Source: Mobula hypostoma (lineage: Eukaryota). Taken from it: DNA of 64,000 bases. Positions 29,266 to 40,244 of the stretch are shown here, piece after piece. The stretch spans positions 11,780,001 to 11,844,000 of the forward strand of contig NC_086111.1 in assembly GCF_963921235.1 (NCBI RefSeq). Reading direction: 5' to 3'. The notes below the pieces were generated by a model. That model did not search any database and had not been told where the DNA came from. It saw only the letters and a program-made list of their open reading frames with translations. How positions within the stretch are numbered: position 1 is the first letter of the stretch; each line of letters opens with the position of its first letter. Made by a program: the position numbers and the translations under genes.

Positions 29266-30017
29266 CACTTGGCAATTAAGTCTATAGCTGTAACTAAAAC
29301 ATATACACATTCATATCCACAAAATCCAAAAGGAGAGCAGGAAACATAGGAAAGATGACCTAAAATGTGGCACAATTTTGTTTTTATAAAATAGATACAC
29401 AATTCTGACAGTCATTGCAATTATTGGAATTCTGTGAACTATCCTAACTATCCAAATTCGAAGAGGTAGGAAAGGACACTAGAAGATACAACTGAGCGCA
29501 AGAAGCTGGCAAACACGGGAAAATGTGAAATTTTCCAGTTTGACAGAAAAATAAAAATCTCAATGCTAAGAGATTGAGCTGCCCCAACTCTAGAGAGATC
29601 TGGATTCTCCAAGGCATGATTTGAAAATGACTGAGATAGGAACAGCTACAGACAGGAAAACCAACAGAAGGTTATTGCTTATTCTGAGAGGAGCCAAATA
29701 AAAACTGGGGAGGTCACATTTCAGTTATCTGGAGTACTATGTCATCCTACATATCCAACAACTATTAATCTTTTGTAGAAAAAAATTTTGGAATATTGGT
29801 GTCAGTCCACCACTTTAGATCAATACAGCAATCCAGGCAATGTTTGAAATGTTATTAAAATCCAACAGAAAATAACAATGTACTCATGGTGAATTTCTCA
29901 CTTTGAAAATACTGTTTGCAGCTGGAAGGAGCAGTCAAATTTTTGAGCTTCTAGCTGAATGGCTACTAAAACTGCATCAATAATAATTCCCTACAGCATA
30001 GGCAAATTAAGACTTAC

Positions 30018-30225
30018 CTTTGCAAGAAATTTTGTGTACATCATCAGGTGCTTTTCAGTGGCAATATCTGAACTTTCATCAACAATCAGAGAATGAACCC
30101 TTGCTTGCTTTAATGCCATTAGGTTTTCTGCCTCAACAGGTTCATTGAGAGCTGCAACAAACTGCCAGCTGTAATTTTTACTTCTGTGGCGTCTACCCAA
30201 TGATAGACCATGGCTCTCTATTAAC
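30018..30225 (-). CDS. hAT-derived gene exon D (first catalytic Asp motif)
   Basis: tttcattttAG|G, phase 2. LIESHGLSLGRRHRSKNYSWQFVAALNEPVEAENLMALKQARVHSLIVDESSDIATEKHLMMYTKFLAK contains the hAT SLxxDE(S/T)xD motif. Donor AAG|GTAAGT, phase 0. Confidence 0.87.
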
Positions 30226-30301
30226 CTAAAATGAAAAATTTACATGAGACAAAGACAGTAACAATAAAGAGGAAAAAAAGATTTATGAAAACAGTCTTTA
30301 C

Positions 30302-30577
30302 CTGTGTAGGCTTTTAGCTTTGGAAATGGGCAACTGTTCCTTGATTAACCACAGAACATTTCTGAGGAGGTGAACAACATCCTCTTTTGTGTCACTACTG
30401 AGAGCATCAGTAAATAGTGCCTTCTCCCAGTTGGCTGCACTTATAGGCACCGACAGTGCCTGAAGATGTTCTCTACTGGCCAGATGGCGAAGCAAGTAAT
30501 CTTTTTTCCACCCACCTTGTGGCTGAGACCTACCACTTGTCCACTCTGTATCAGTAATGCTATTATCAACACAAACT
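30302..30577 (-). CDS. hAT-derived gene exon C (rest of TTF-type zinc finger)
   Basis: ttctgttttAG|A, phase 2. VCVDNSITDTEWTSGRSQPQGGWKKDYLLRHLASREHLQAL...LPISKAKSLH(R). Completes CxxC...HxxSxxH. Donor AG|GTAAAG, phase 2. Confidence 0.85.
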
Positions 30578-30690
30578 CTAAAACAGAACATATCAAAAAA
30601 AAGTATTTTGTGCATAATCTCAACAATGAATGTTCAAGTACTGTTGATAAATATTTATGCTTACTTGCTATTTAAATACTTCATGCTTAC

Positions 30691-30923
30691 TTGCAATAGC
30701 ACTTGTTCTGCTGCTCATCATATAGAAAACAAGAGAGCCGTGGGTCCATTTGAATCCACGATTTGAGCCCACAGTTACTTCCTTTACACTTTTTCATTAT
30801 TCCATAATCGAAGTAGGAACTTTCCTTCAGTTCATCATCAAAACAACTGGCATAATTATCACTTTTATCTTTGTCTTCATCTTCATCAATTTCATGACCA
30901 TTAGCACAATCCCCTTCAGAATT
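30691..30923 (-). CDS. hAT-derived gene exon B (acidic linker + start of TTF-type zinc finger)
   Basis: tttcctttgcAG|AAT ... NSEGDCANGHEIDEDEDKDK...WIQMDPRLSCFLYDEQQNKCYC(K). Donor AA|GTAAGC, phase 2. Confidence 0.8.
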
Positions 30924-31013
30924 CTGCAAAGGAAAGATGGGGAAATTGCATTTCAAAAGATCACTTTTAAAACTGATTTAAAAGCTTTTGTTAAAAAAAA
31001 TCAAAATTATTAC

Positions 31014-31067
31014 CTCATGTGATCTTGTAGTGTTACGGTGAAACAATTCTAAAATAGAGCGATGCAT
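31014..31067 (-). CDS. hAT-transposase-derived gene, putative first coding exon (whole exon 31083-31014)
   Basis: Acceptor catttttccAG at 31085-31084. ATG at 31067 gives MHRSILELFHRNTTRSHE. Donor GAG|GTAATA, phase 0, in frame with the next exon after a 90-nt intron. Confidence 0.6.
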
Positions 31068-34000
31068 TGTATGTCCATCCAAACTGGAAAAATGTGAAAC
31101 ATGGAAGTTAAAAATAAAATACGAAATGCTTAAATAAAAGAATGATACTTTTTAAATGTGTTTTTATCCTTTCTCTTATGGTGAATTGCTTTTCAAATAA
31201 TCTGATTTATTTCACCTGCTGGCTTTTCCACTAATAACTCAACACAGATATGGACTCCTAAATAAAAAGTACTTGAAGCTTTCCATTCTTACAATTCAAA
31301 ACCAATCCTAAATGAGTTAAACTAGAAGCATAGTAACCATAGACACTCATTGTCGGAAAGCTACAAAATTGGAACCATCCATGTAATATCAACAAGACCT
31401 AAGTTTCGAAATGAATTCCTGGTATCTAATCATTACATATAGCAGAGTTGGAAACTATGAAAACTAAAACACACACAATTCTATCTATCTGAACAAAATT
31501 AAAACAAAAACAAAAAACCTGTTTGCTACCTTTATTCAATCAACTAAATTTTCCATTATTTAACCACATACTTCCAAACACTAAAATAAACTTTCACAAT
31601 CAATTTCATCACAATTCTTCACAACCCTTGCACAATATCTTATCACTTACCATTAATTATTAGCTGCCATTCTCTACACCACTGGAACGTCTCATTCTTT
31701 ACCCTAAATTTCAAGATCTGCCATGTTCACTGAAAACCTTAAAGCTTACAATGAGTGCATCAAGTTTTATGGTGCCTTCAAATCCTTTACAATCCTGCAA
31801 TACTATTTAAGTTTCATTGAAAGGAATAAAAACACATTTAAAAAACACTATATATTATTTTCCTCTTACCTGTCAAAACTTAACTTGCACCCTTTTAGCG
31901 TCACAACTGCACATCACAACCAGATGGTCCTTCCACAGCCTTGCTGAGTTCCTCCAAAGTCGCTTATCTTGTCAACGAATACATTTGTCGATTCTCATAT
32001 GCTTCAGCAGTTTTCCCCATTGTAGCTGCAAAGCTTCCTTAAGTCCCCAACACCACCAAAAAAGATCAAAACTAAACAACAGTTCGAGCCCTGATTACAG
32101 CTGACCGCAGCCTACATTGTAAGATAAAATTCACAACTCATTTTCAATACAGGCAACAAGGAACTGCAAGGACAAGTGACCACAAAACAATGCTTCACAA
32201 AATGTACGCATTAATCTGTTTGCAGCAACATTGTCCTTATCTACACTGCATTTTATGCCAGAAAGCCAAGATTTAAAGCTCTGACATGCATATTTCCCTC
32301 TTCTATTCTAGCATCCCAAATGCATTTTCCCCATGCATTCAGGGAGTCAAGAAAATCTACAAACTTTACTGTGCTCACGGACTTCTTCATCAAGTTATGG
32401 TATTGTTACACTGTTTGTAACTATATGTTATAATTATGTGGTATTGTCAGTTTTTTCAGTCTTGGTTTGTCCTGTGTTTTGTGATATCACACCGGAGGAA
32501 ATAATGTATCATTTCTTAATGCATGCATTACTAAATGACCATAAAAGAGGACTACGCGTCTTCATAATCATAAATCATAAACAGAAAAATGGGCCATTTA
32601 GTCATAATTTTGGGTTTTCACTGATATTTCTCCTGTTGTTAATTATCACTACTGGTGGTCACAAAAACCATTTGAGCTACAACTTAGAATATTAGGTAGG
32701 CCTAATTTCAAGAATACATTTCTGGATCCGAACTCACTGAATAATTGCTGAAAGAAACTTAAGTTTCAAACTATGTTGTCTGTTCCCACATTATAAGAAT
32801 GTACTTGCAATTAAAACAGAAAAAGCTGGAAAAGCACAGCAAGTCATGAAATTCCTGCTGTGTTTCCAGAAGTTTAATGCTTCAGGCTGAAGACACTGAA
32901 ATTCAGAAGGATAATTGACCTGAAACAACTGTTTCTCTTTCCACAGATGCTACAGATTGTTTCTAGCAAATATCCAGCAACTGAAGTGTTTTTTTTAAAC
33001 TTTTTGGTACATTTCCCTACTTGTCTCCCACCCAAAATCTTGATTTGAAAACATATTGCATATCAAATCTACAGTGGTCAAGTTGCATATAATTTTCCAT
33101 ACATGCAATGCAAGATATATTTATTGGAGTTAAAACCTTCAAATACAGCTTGCAGATTACAGGAGATAATATTAAAAATTGCAACCTACAATTACAAATA
33201 TCCCACAAACTCCCAAGACTGATTGGAACGATTGTCCTGTGCCTCTTATCAAGCGAGGAATGAAATCATAGCTGTCCTCATATAATGTGGACCAGAACTG
33301 ACTTACTGGTTTAATTTTCAGAAGCAAACAGCATCAAAACTAAAAAAATTAGCAAGATCATCTCAAATATTCCCAGATACTAGCTAACACCTGTACTGCA
33401 CGGTCTATTATGATACATTTATTCCAAATTTAACCTAAAAACTTTGATGTCAACCTGAACAAGAAATGAATATAATTGTAGAGTGAGAATTAAACTTTTT
33501 CAAAATCAGTGTAATGACCACACCTGCAGAATGTGTCTACCCATTTAAATCAACCCACCAGGCCAACACAAGAATGTGACCATTGAGACTGCACAATAAC
33601 ACAAGTGCAGCTTTAAATGAAAAAGCACCAAAGTCTTCTGACAGCCAACTGCCAGATGTACAGAGCAAAGGTGAGTAAATGGAATTCAAGTACAGATCAG
33701 ATATGATCAAAAAGAATCGCCATAGGCTTAATGGTCTGAATGACACACACTTTTTACATGGTACATAGAAAAACAAGACAGTTACTTTTCAGGAGCAGAG
33801 AAGTCTAGAGCCTAAAGGAGACAATTACTGTGAAATGGGCTGCAAACTACAAACTGAGGTTTGCCACTAATGAGAATAGTGAAGCCTCAATTTTTTTAAA
33901 CTCTTCACTAGCATCATTCAATTATTTTAGCAGAAAATTTAATTTTATTAGAAGTTCATCTAAACTATTTTGAGAACAATGATTGTAAATTAAAACCATA

Positions 34001-37000
34001 GGAATCCCATTAGAGAATTACTTGGGTTATTTGATCTGACACCATATTCACTGATCAACAATTTATGATGCCACATCTGCAATACAGGTCAAGGTTTTTT
34101 TAAATTCAAGAACTGAAAAACCAGTGGAAAAGCATGCCAATTAAATCTCCAAATATGATTTTTTTCAAAACAGAACTATTACTTCAAATCATAAAGTCCA
34201 TGCTGCACCTTCAAAGTACTTGTGCTATCATGAAACACGTTATGCAGTAACTAAAGGTCCTCCTTTAAACAGATTAATGGCAAGAATTGCGCAAGTATAA
34301 ATCACAAATAACTTTCCTTAAGCCCATGCAATTGTCTCTAATTGAACATAATTGACTTTCATCTCACAAAAAAAACTTCACGTTATGCTTCCTTTATATT
34401 TAATCTCTGTTATAATTGTATTGACAAAAGCTTTATCACTATGTAGTGATAAAAGTTAAACTCCAGTTTCCCCATGCAAAACTGTCTTTCAATAGATCAC
34501 AAAGAGTAAAGTTCATCATCATTATCTAAAACTCAGTGCCAACAGTTCAAGCTACTGGTCATCAATATTTCCAGTATAGATTATGCTAGTATCAAAGTAT
34601 AATTTTACTCCTCAACAACTATCTCCAGTCCTTTTAATGGCATCTTCTGGGGCTGGAACAATACCTCATGATGCCCAAATAATTACGATTGCAATATATT
34701 ACAAAAGGTAGTGTGATTTGCCAGTATTTGTCTTTAATCATCACTTCAATGTGCTATTCAGCCATGCTAAACATGCACACAAAAATTAGGAGCACTTGAT
34801 ATTCATCAGAATACGTAACTGCTTCTCCTTAACTAAAGGACACAAGGAGCAACCTAGCACCCTTACTGATCTGATGCCACCTCAATAAAATCCAGCTGAG
34901 ACAAGAAATCAATCTAAGGAATTGTATACTCAGTTACTCGCGAGTGGTCATGTTAATAACAGATTTTTAAAAATCCAAGAACAGCATGGAAACTAGTGCA
35001 ACACAAAAGACACAAGAAATATGCGAACTGAGAAAAGCAAGCTAAAGCAATTAGGAAACATCTTGGAAAGTAAACTGCTGCTGTATCAGATAATTTAGGG
35101 AGGCAGTTATCGTTCTAATAAACTGAAAATTGGGATTAAAATATACCAACTTTAGGACAACCTCCATACACCTCATTCCAAGTTTAGTCTTCAATAATAG
35201 CAACCAACTCCTTATTGACGAGAGGTTCATCATATAAATACATAGACTACAAAGGGCAAGTTTCTTGAAATTAGTGCAGAAGAACTGAACCTTGGCTCAA
35301 TTTCACAGTTTATGTATGTGTATTTCCAATGGCAGAGCATATTCTGAATATGCAAAATACATTAAGCAATTTCAATGAGAATGCTCATCTGCAAAAACTG
35401 TTTAATGTTGTTCCAAATACAAATCCAAACCAGGAATACATTAGTATTAGAGAAATTTACAGCAATGATCGAGTGGTAACAATCTCAATTTTGTGCTTGG
35501 AGAGCAAAGTGAGTATAATTGTTTATTGAGCAATTCAAGCATTTGCTGTCACCTAGAAAAATCCACGTGAACTAAAACATAAATTTAGTCGAAAAAATCA
35601 CACACCAGAGACATAATATTCCCCTCTCCATTACGATTCACGTACTCTGTGGAATTTTGTTTACAGAGCCACTGAAATCCTCAAAATTCTTGCTCCAAAC
35701 AAACTTTTCGACTGACATAGTATAGCTTGGCAATGGCAAATATGAACCCGGTATACAATCGTTTAACATACTGTCCTCTGCGTTTGACATTTAGTCCATA
35801 CCTTTAAAACTAGCCTGAATGAGAATCACAGAATGAATAGTAAACTGGCAATGATGTGTTATCTCCGTAACACCTTTGCCGTTGGCATTTATAACCCAGG
35901 TCTTTGAGGCTCTTCAATAATAACCGAATGTTACCAGATCTCCTAAATTTCACACCATAGCAAAGATTCATAGTTTTGTACCAGCTGATGTTGGGGCCAT
36001 AGAGCACCTGACCTCTAAGTAGTATTTACTAATGGCAATTTAAAACTACTTTAAATCTGCTTGAAGTTGGAAGTGGAAAAATATTCAACAAAAACAAAAA
36101 GATGAAGATATGTAGATGGAAAACAGCACAGTTTGGGAAAAAAAAAGTTAAAATACGATTTAACAGAATTTTAAATGTTCACAGAACAAAAGGAGAATAC
36201 TAAGTTAAATCAATTTAAAACATGCAATAATAGCCAACACTTTGGTAAAATACATTTAACATGCATACATTTAACAGTAAAGCAGGGGTCAATATTCACA
36301 ACTGCCCAGTAAATTCAGGCAGCAACACCTTAAATTACCTTTCATATTTTAAGAAGGTCAGCCAGTTACTACTTTATACCAAAGATCAGATATTCCATTC
36401 ATTAAATCACCAAAGGGATGGGTAAGTGGGGAGAGGGACTGGGGATGATAGGTTTTCACTTCAGTAGGAGTAGGAAATAAGCAGAGAACAGGAATCGGAA
36501 AATTTCCCCTTGAATTACTCAGTATCATGAACTGGCTGATTATTTTTTGTTCAGGAAAAGAGGGAATTTGCATTAAAAGACACATTTTCACCCCCACTTT
36601 AAAGTTTTAACCGTTACATACTATGATTTTTTGGTCAAAATTTAACATCATCATCATCTGGATTTTTAATTCTAAGAGAGTGAACAATGTTGGCACTATT
36701 TGCAGGCATCAAAATGTTAGAAGTAGATAACTACAAATATGAATATCTTTACAATAGCATCTGCTGAGCCCCATCAGATGCACTATGGACTTAACTTGGT
36801 AAAAGGTGTGTGGAAATTGAAGGGGGTGTTCACTCCCATAGAATAATGCAGAATACCTCACCAGTGACCCAAGAGTTCCAGGCAAACGCGTACATTCGTG
36901 CAAAGGGCTACCATAACTCACTTTGGCCCATAGCATTTGTGAGTTATGGGCAACTCACTGTCACCAGTGAGATATCCTCAATAAATACAAGATTCCTATC

Positions 37001-39109
37001 CATGGCAGACAAATTGATCCCAATTGTTATTAACTATTAATTCCAAAAACTTTCACCAGGATTTTAATTCCAGTATCTACTTGTGATTATTTTTTAAACC
37101 AAACTGATCTAAAAGTAATACATCTTTACCATTCATGATAACACACAATCACAAAATCTTTGTATCAAGCTCCAATGAGTAACATAGTTAAAAAAGGCGC
37201 AAGCCAGCAATGCAAATTAAATAAAATTATAACTCTGAAATAAGTTAATAGAACAAAATTTTAAAACATCAGCAAAAACTGATTTTCTTTGATAGACAGC
37301 AACTAAGAAAATTAACTTGCAAGATGCAGAGAAATACAAAATAAATACATGCTAAACATGCTTCTTCCAGCTTCAATTATTTGTATGTGTTGACAGAACA
37401 CAAAAGCTCTATACTAAAATAAGGGGCAAGACTAATTCAAGCACAGTGTTAACCAAGTGCTTTCAAAAATTCCAACACAGCAACTGAACTTTCAGAAATT
37501 TGTAGAGTGTACACTCTCTTAAGAATTCATGCAGTATCATAATGTAAATTTGGACATCAATACCCCAGTACAATTTCAACCTGAACAAATCCCTAATTAT
37601 TAATCAATTAGATCTTTGACAAATTCGGGAATGCCTTCAATTTAATTCTCCGGATAAACTGTACCCAACTGTAGTATCAATAGCCACTACTGCAAGATTG
37701 TGTGAACCAGGGTCATTGAAGTAAAAAAAAATCTATGATCTGCACATCATCTGCTTCTACTTTTAACAATATACTATTGGGATATCACACTGGTGACAGT
37801 AAATAAAACGTGTTTCTTTCACACAAAGTGCAAGTATCATAATTCACAAACACTATGCATAAGTGAGCTCTTGGTAAAATATTTCACAAATGTATATGTC
37901 ATTAACAGTAACTTCATTCCTGATTGGACTGAAATCTTATTACAAAATAAATTTGATACACCTGTTCTCTCAATTGCAGATGTGAGTATATATTTAAATT
38001 GTGAACACCACAAGCTGTGATAAAAGGTTTTCAGCTATGCAAAACAAATATGTTTGCTGTAATCCAATAGTAAAGGTACCATTTGTACAAGTGGATATAT
38101 TAAAGTTGACTGTATTGATTCTTTGACGCACTGCAATTTAGATTTAAGCATATCATTAAGTGCATCTCCCATGTGCCATTGTTCATTCTCTCAATACAAC
38201 TCGCAATTGCTTTGCATACAAGATCATTTATGAAAGGCAAAACCAATGTCACAAAGTCGAACACATCACACGTAGAATCAGAATATAACAGTTATGAAAC
38301 AAAATGTTCAAAACACTAACAAAAAGAAACTTGTCTGACAATTTCCCAGCTTTCTTTCATTTCTGCAAAAAGTACTCACTGTGATATCCTGCTCTTTCAC
38401 ACAAGAATAGATCAGTGTCATTGGCAAGTTACCCAGCAGAAATTATGTCCATAGTTTTCCCATATAGAACCACATTCAAAACCAGACAAAATACATAGCC
38501 CACATTGACCAAACTCAAGAGTATGCAAAACATGTCAAAGACACTTAACTTTGCCAGACTTTCATATCTCCCATATTTTGACCATCACCTAAACTCAAAA
38601 ACAATGGGACCACAACAGCCCCCAAAAACCAAGGGAGCACAAATCAAAATCCAATGCACTCCCACCCCATAGCAGCAAGTCCTCCAACTGAACAGCTGGC
38701 TTCAGGAGCCTAAGCAACAAAACACCAGGTCAATGGAACAACAATATGCCCCAGAAACACCTCAACACGGCATGTTTCCACTCAAGTTCTAAACCTATCA
38801 AGACTTCTCATGGTCTACAGGAGCACCCAATACCTTAATCCCAAATACATTAATCCTAAGAAACCTACAGACAACTACAACAACAAGCTCAGAAAATACT
38901 CACACCACCAAAGACCCAAGCATCCCAAACCAATGCTCTAGAAAATGCTAGATCAACTACCCCAGGGCAACTGAAATATTCCCAGGTAATCCACTCCCAC
39001 AGCATGCCAACCCCATTAACTGATCCCTTTTATAACCCCCAGGTAACCCATTCTTACTGCAACCCAAACCCTACATATCTAGAGTACCTCCCCCATGATC
39101 CTCCCTCTG

Positions 39110-39560
39110 TACATCACATACACTGAGTAACCGCTCCCATCGTAACCCCCACACACACTGGGTAACCGCTCCCATCATAACCACACACACACGGAAACCA
39201 CTCCTATCGTAACCCCCACCAAACACACACACAGGGAAATCATTCCCATCGTAACCCCCACACACACTGGGTAACCACTCCCATCATAACACACACAGGG
39301 AAATCATTCCCATCATAACCCCCACACGCACTGGGAAACCACTCCCATCGTAAGCCTCACACACACTACTGGGTTAACCACTCCATTGTAACCCTATATA
39401 CACACACACACACAGAAACCAAGCCCATCGTAACCCCCAAAAAAACACCGGGAAACCACTCCCATCATAACCCCACACACACACACAGAGGGACACCACT
39501 CACATTGTAACCGCCCCCCCACACACTGGGTTTATACATACACACACACAGTAGCCACTC
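39110..39560. repeat. Minisatellite, ~33-38 bp unit, about a dozen degenerate copies
   Basis: Unit approximately cacacactggg(t/a)aaccactcccatc(g/a)taacccc with variable CA runs. Confidence 0.9.
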
Positions 39561-39599
39561 CAGCGTCCCCCTGACACCACAGACAGTCTTCAACCATCC

Positions 39600-40220
39600 C
39601 GTGCGGCCTCCGGCCCTGCAGCTACTAAACACTCGGAAAAGCTACAAGCACCCGAATCCTAAGGCAAAAACTGCGCCGGGAGCCAGAGCCCAGGGCCGGC
39701 ATCAGTACAGTGAGTGGGTGGAAGGGCCGCTCCACTGAATACTAATGTGATGCGCTGCTGCTCACCTCGTCCTTGCGGATGTACGATGCGGGAATGTAGC
39801 CCACCTCCCCGGTGCTGCTCTTGGACGCCAGCCACCAGTGCTGATTGCTCCGCTCCAGGATAACGAAGCTCTCGCCGGCCGTGAAGTGCAGCGAATGCGG
39901 CTCGGCCGAGTGGAAGGTGTAGAGGGCCCGGTACATGGCGGCAGTGGCCTCGGCCTTTTCGTCCGTTGGGCTCGCGCCGGCTTGCTTCGCTCTCCCGCTC
40001 GGGGGCTCGTGCTGCGCTGCGCTCCGCTCGGCTCGCGCTTCTTCCTCCTCCCCTTGGGCTCGGCGAACAGTACACAGTCCCCTGTAAACACTGCGGCTCT
40101 GACGTCCACGCTACGTGATTACGTCATACCTCACGCAACATCTTAAAGGGATGGGTCACTGTTCGGGAACTGTGACGCCCGTTGCTGTTCACCGAAGTTT
40201 AGCGGACGATACGGCTCTTT
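39600..40220 (-). promoter_or_regulatory. NCKIPSD: NCKIPSD CpG island and promoter
   Basis: GC/CpG-rich. Cluster of CRE/ATF-like TGACGTCC (40100-40107) and TTACGTCA (40119-40126), TACGTG (40112-40117), forkhead-like GTAAACA (40084-40090). Confidence 0.75.
39766..39936 (-). CDS. NCKIPSD: NCK-interacting protein with SH3 domain (SPIN90/WISH), exon 1 = N-terminal SH3 domain
   Basis: MYRALYTFHSAEPHSLHFTAGESFVILERSNQHWWLASKSSTGEVGYIPASYIRKDE closely resembles the NCKIPSD N-terminus (MYRALYAFRSAEPN...). Kozak-like GCCGCCATG, donor GAG|GTGAGC, 171 nt, phase 0. Exon 2 was not found in the window. Confidence 0.92.
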
Positions 40221-40244
40221 CCTGCCTAAAGTCCAATGGCATCC

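Noticed and set aside
31014-31060. SILELFHRNTTRSHE resembles an internal NCKIPSD segment as I recall it (ELMELVRRNTGLSHE)
   Set aside because: The match is short and from memory, its position does not fit exon 2, and flanking residues do not match. Treated as chance; the exon fits the transposase frame.
35810-36007. 65-aa minus-strand ORF in the TE-poor region as an additional exon
   Set aside because: Poor polypyrimidine tract and no recognisable similarity.
39110-39560. Repeat array resembling CRISPR or interstitial telomere
   Set aside because: Eukaryotic context, no unique spacers and no pure TTAGGG tract. It is a minisatellite.
39659-40146. Overlapping 100-138 aa ORFs around the NCKIPSD exon (also 60864-61335 at RPL32)
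   Set aside because: Stop-poor GC-rich CpG-island frames with no domain signal.
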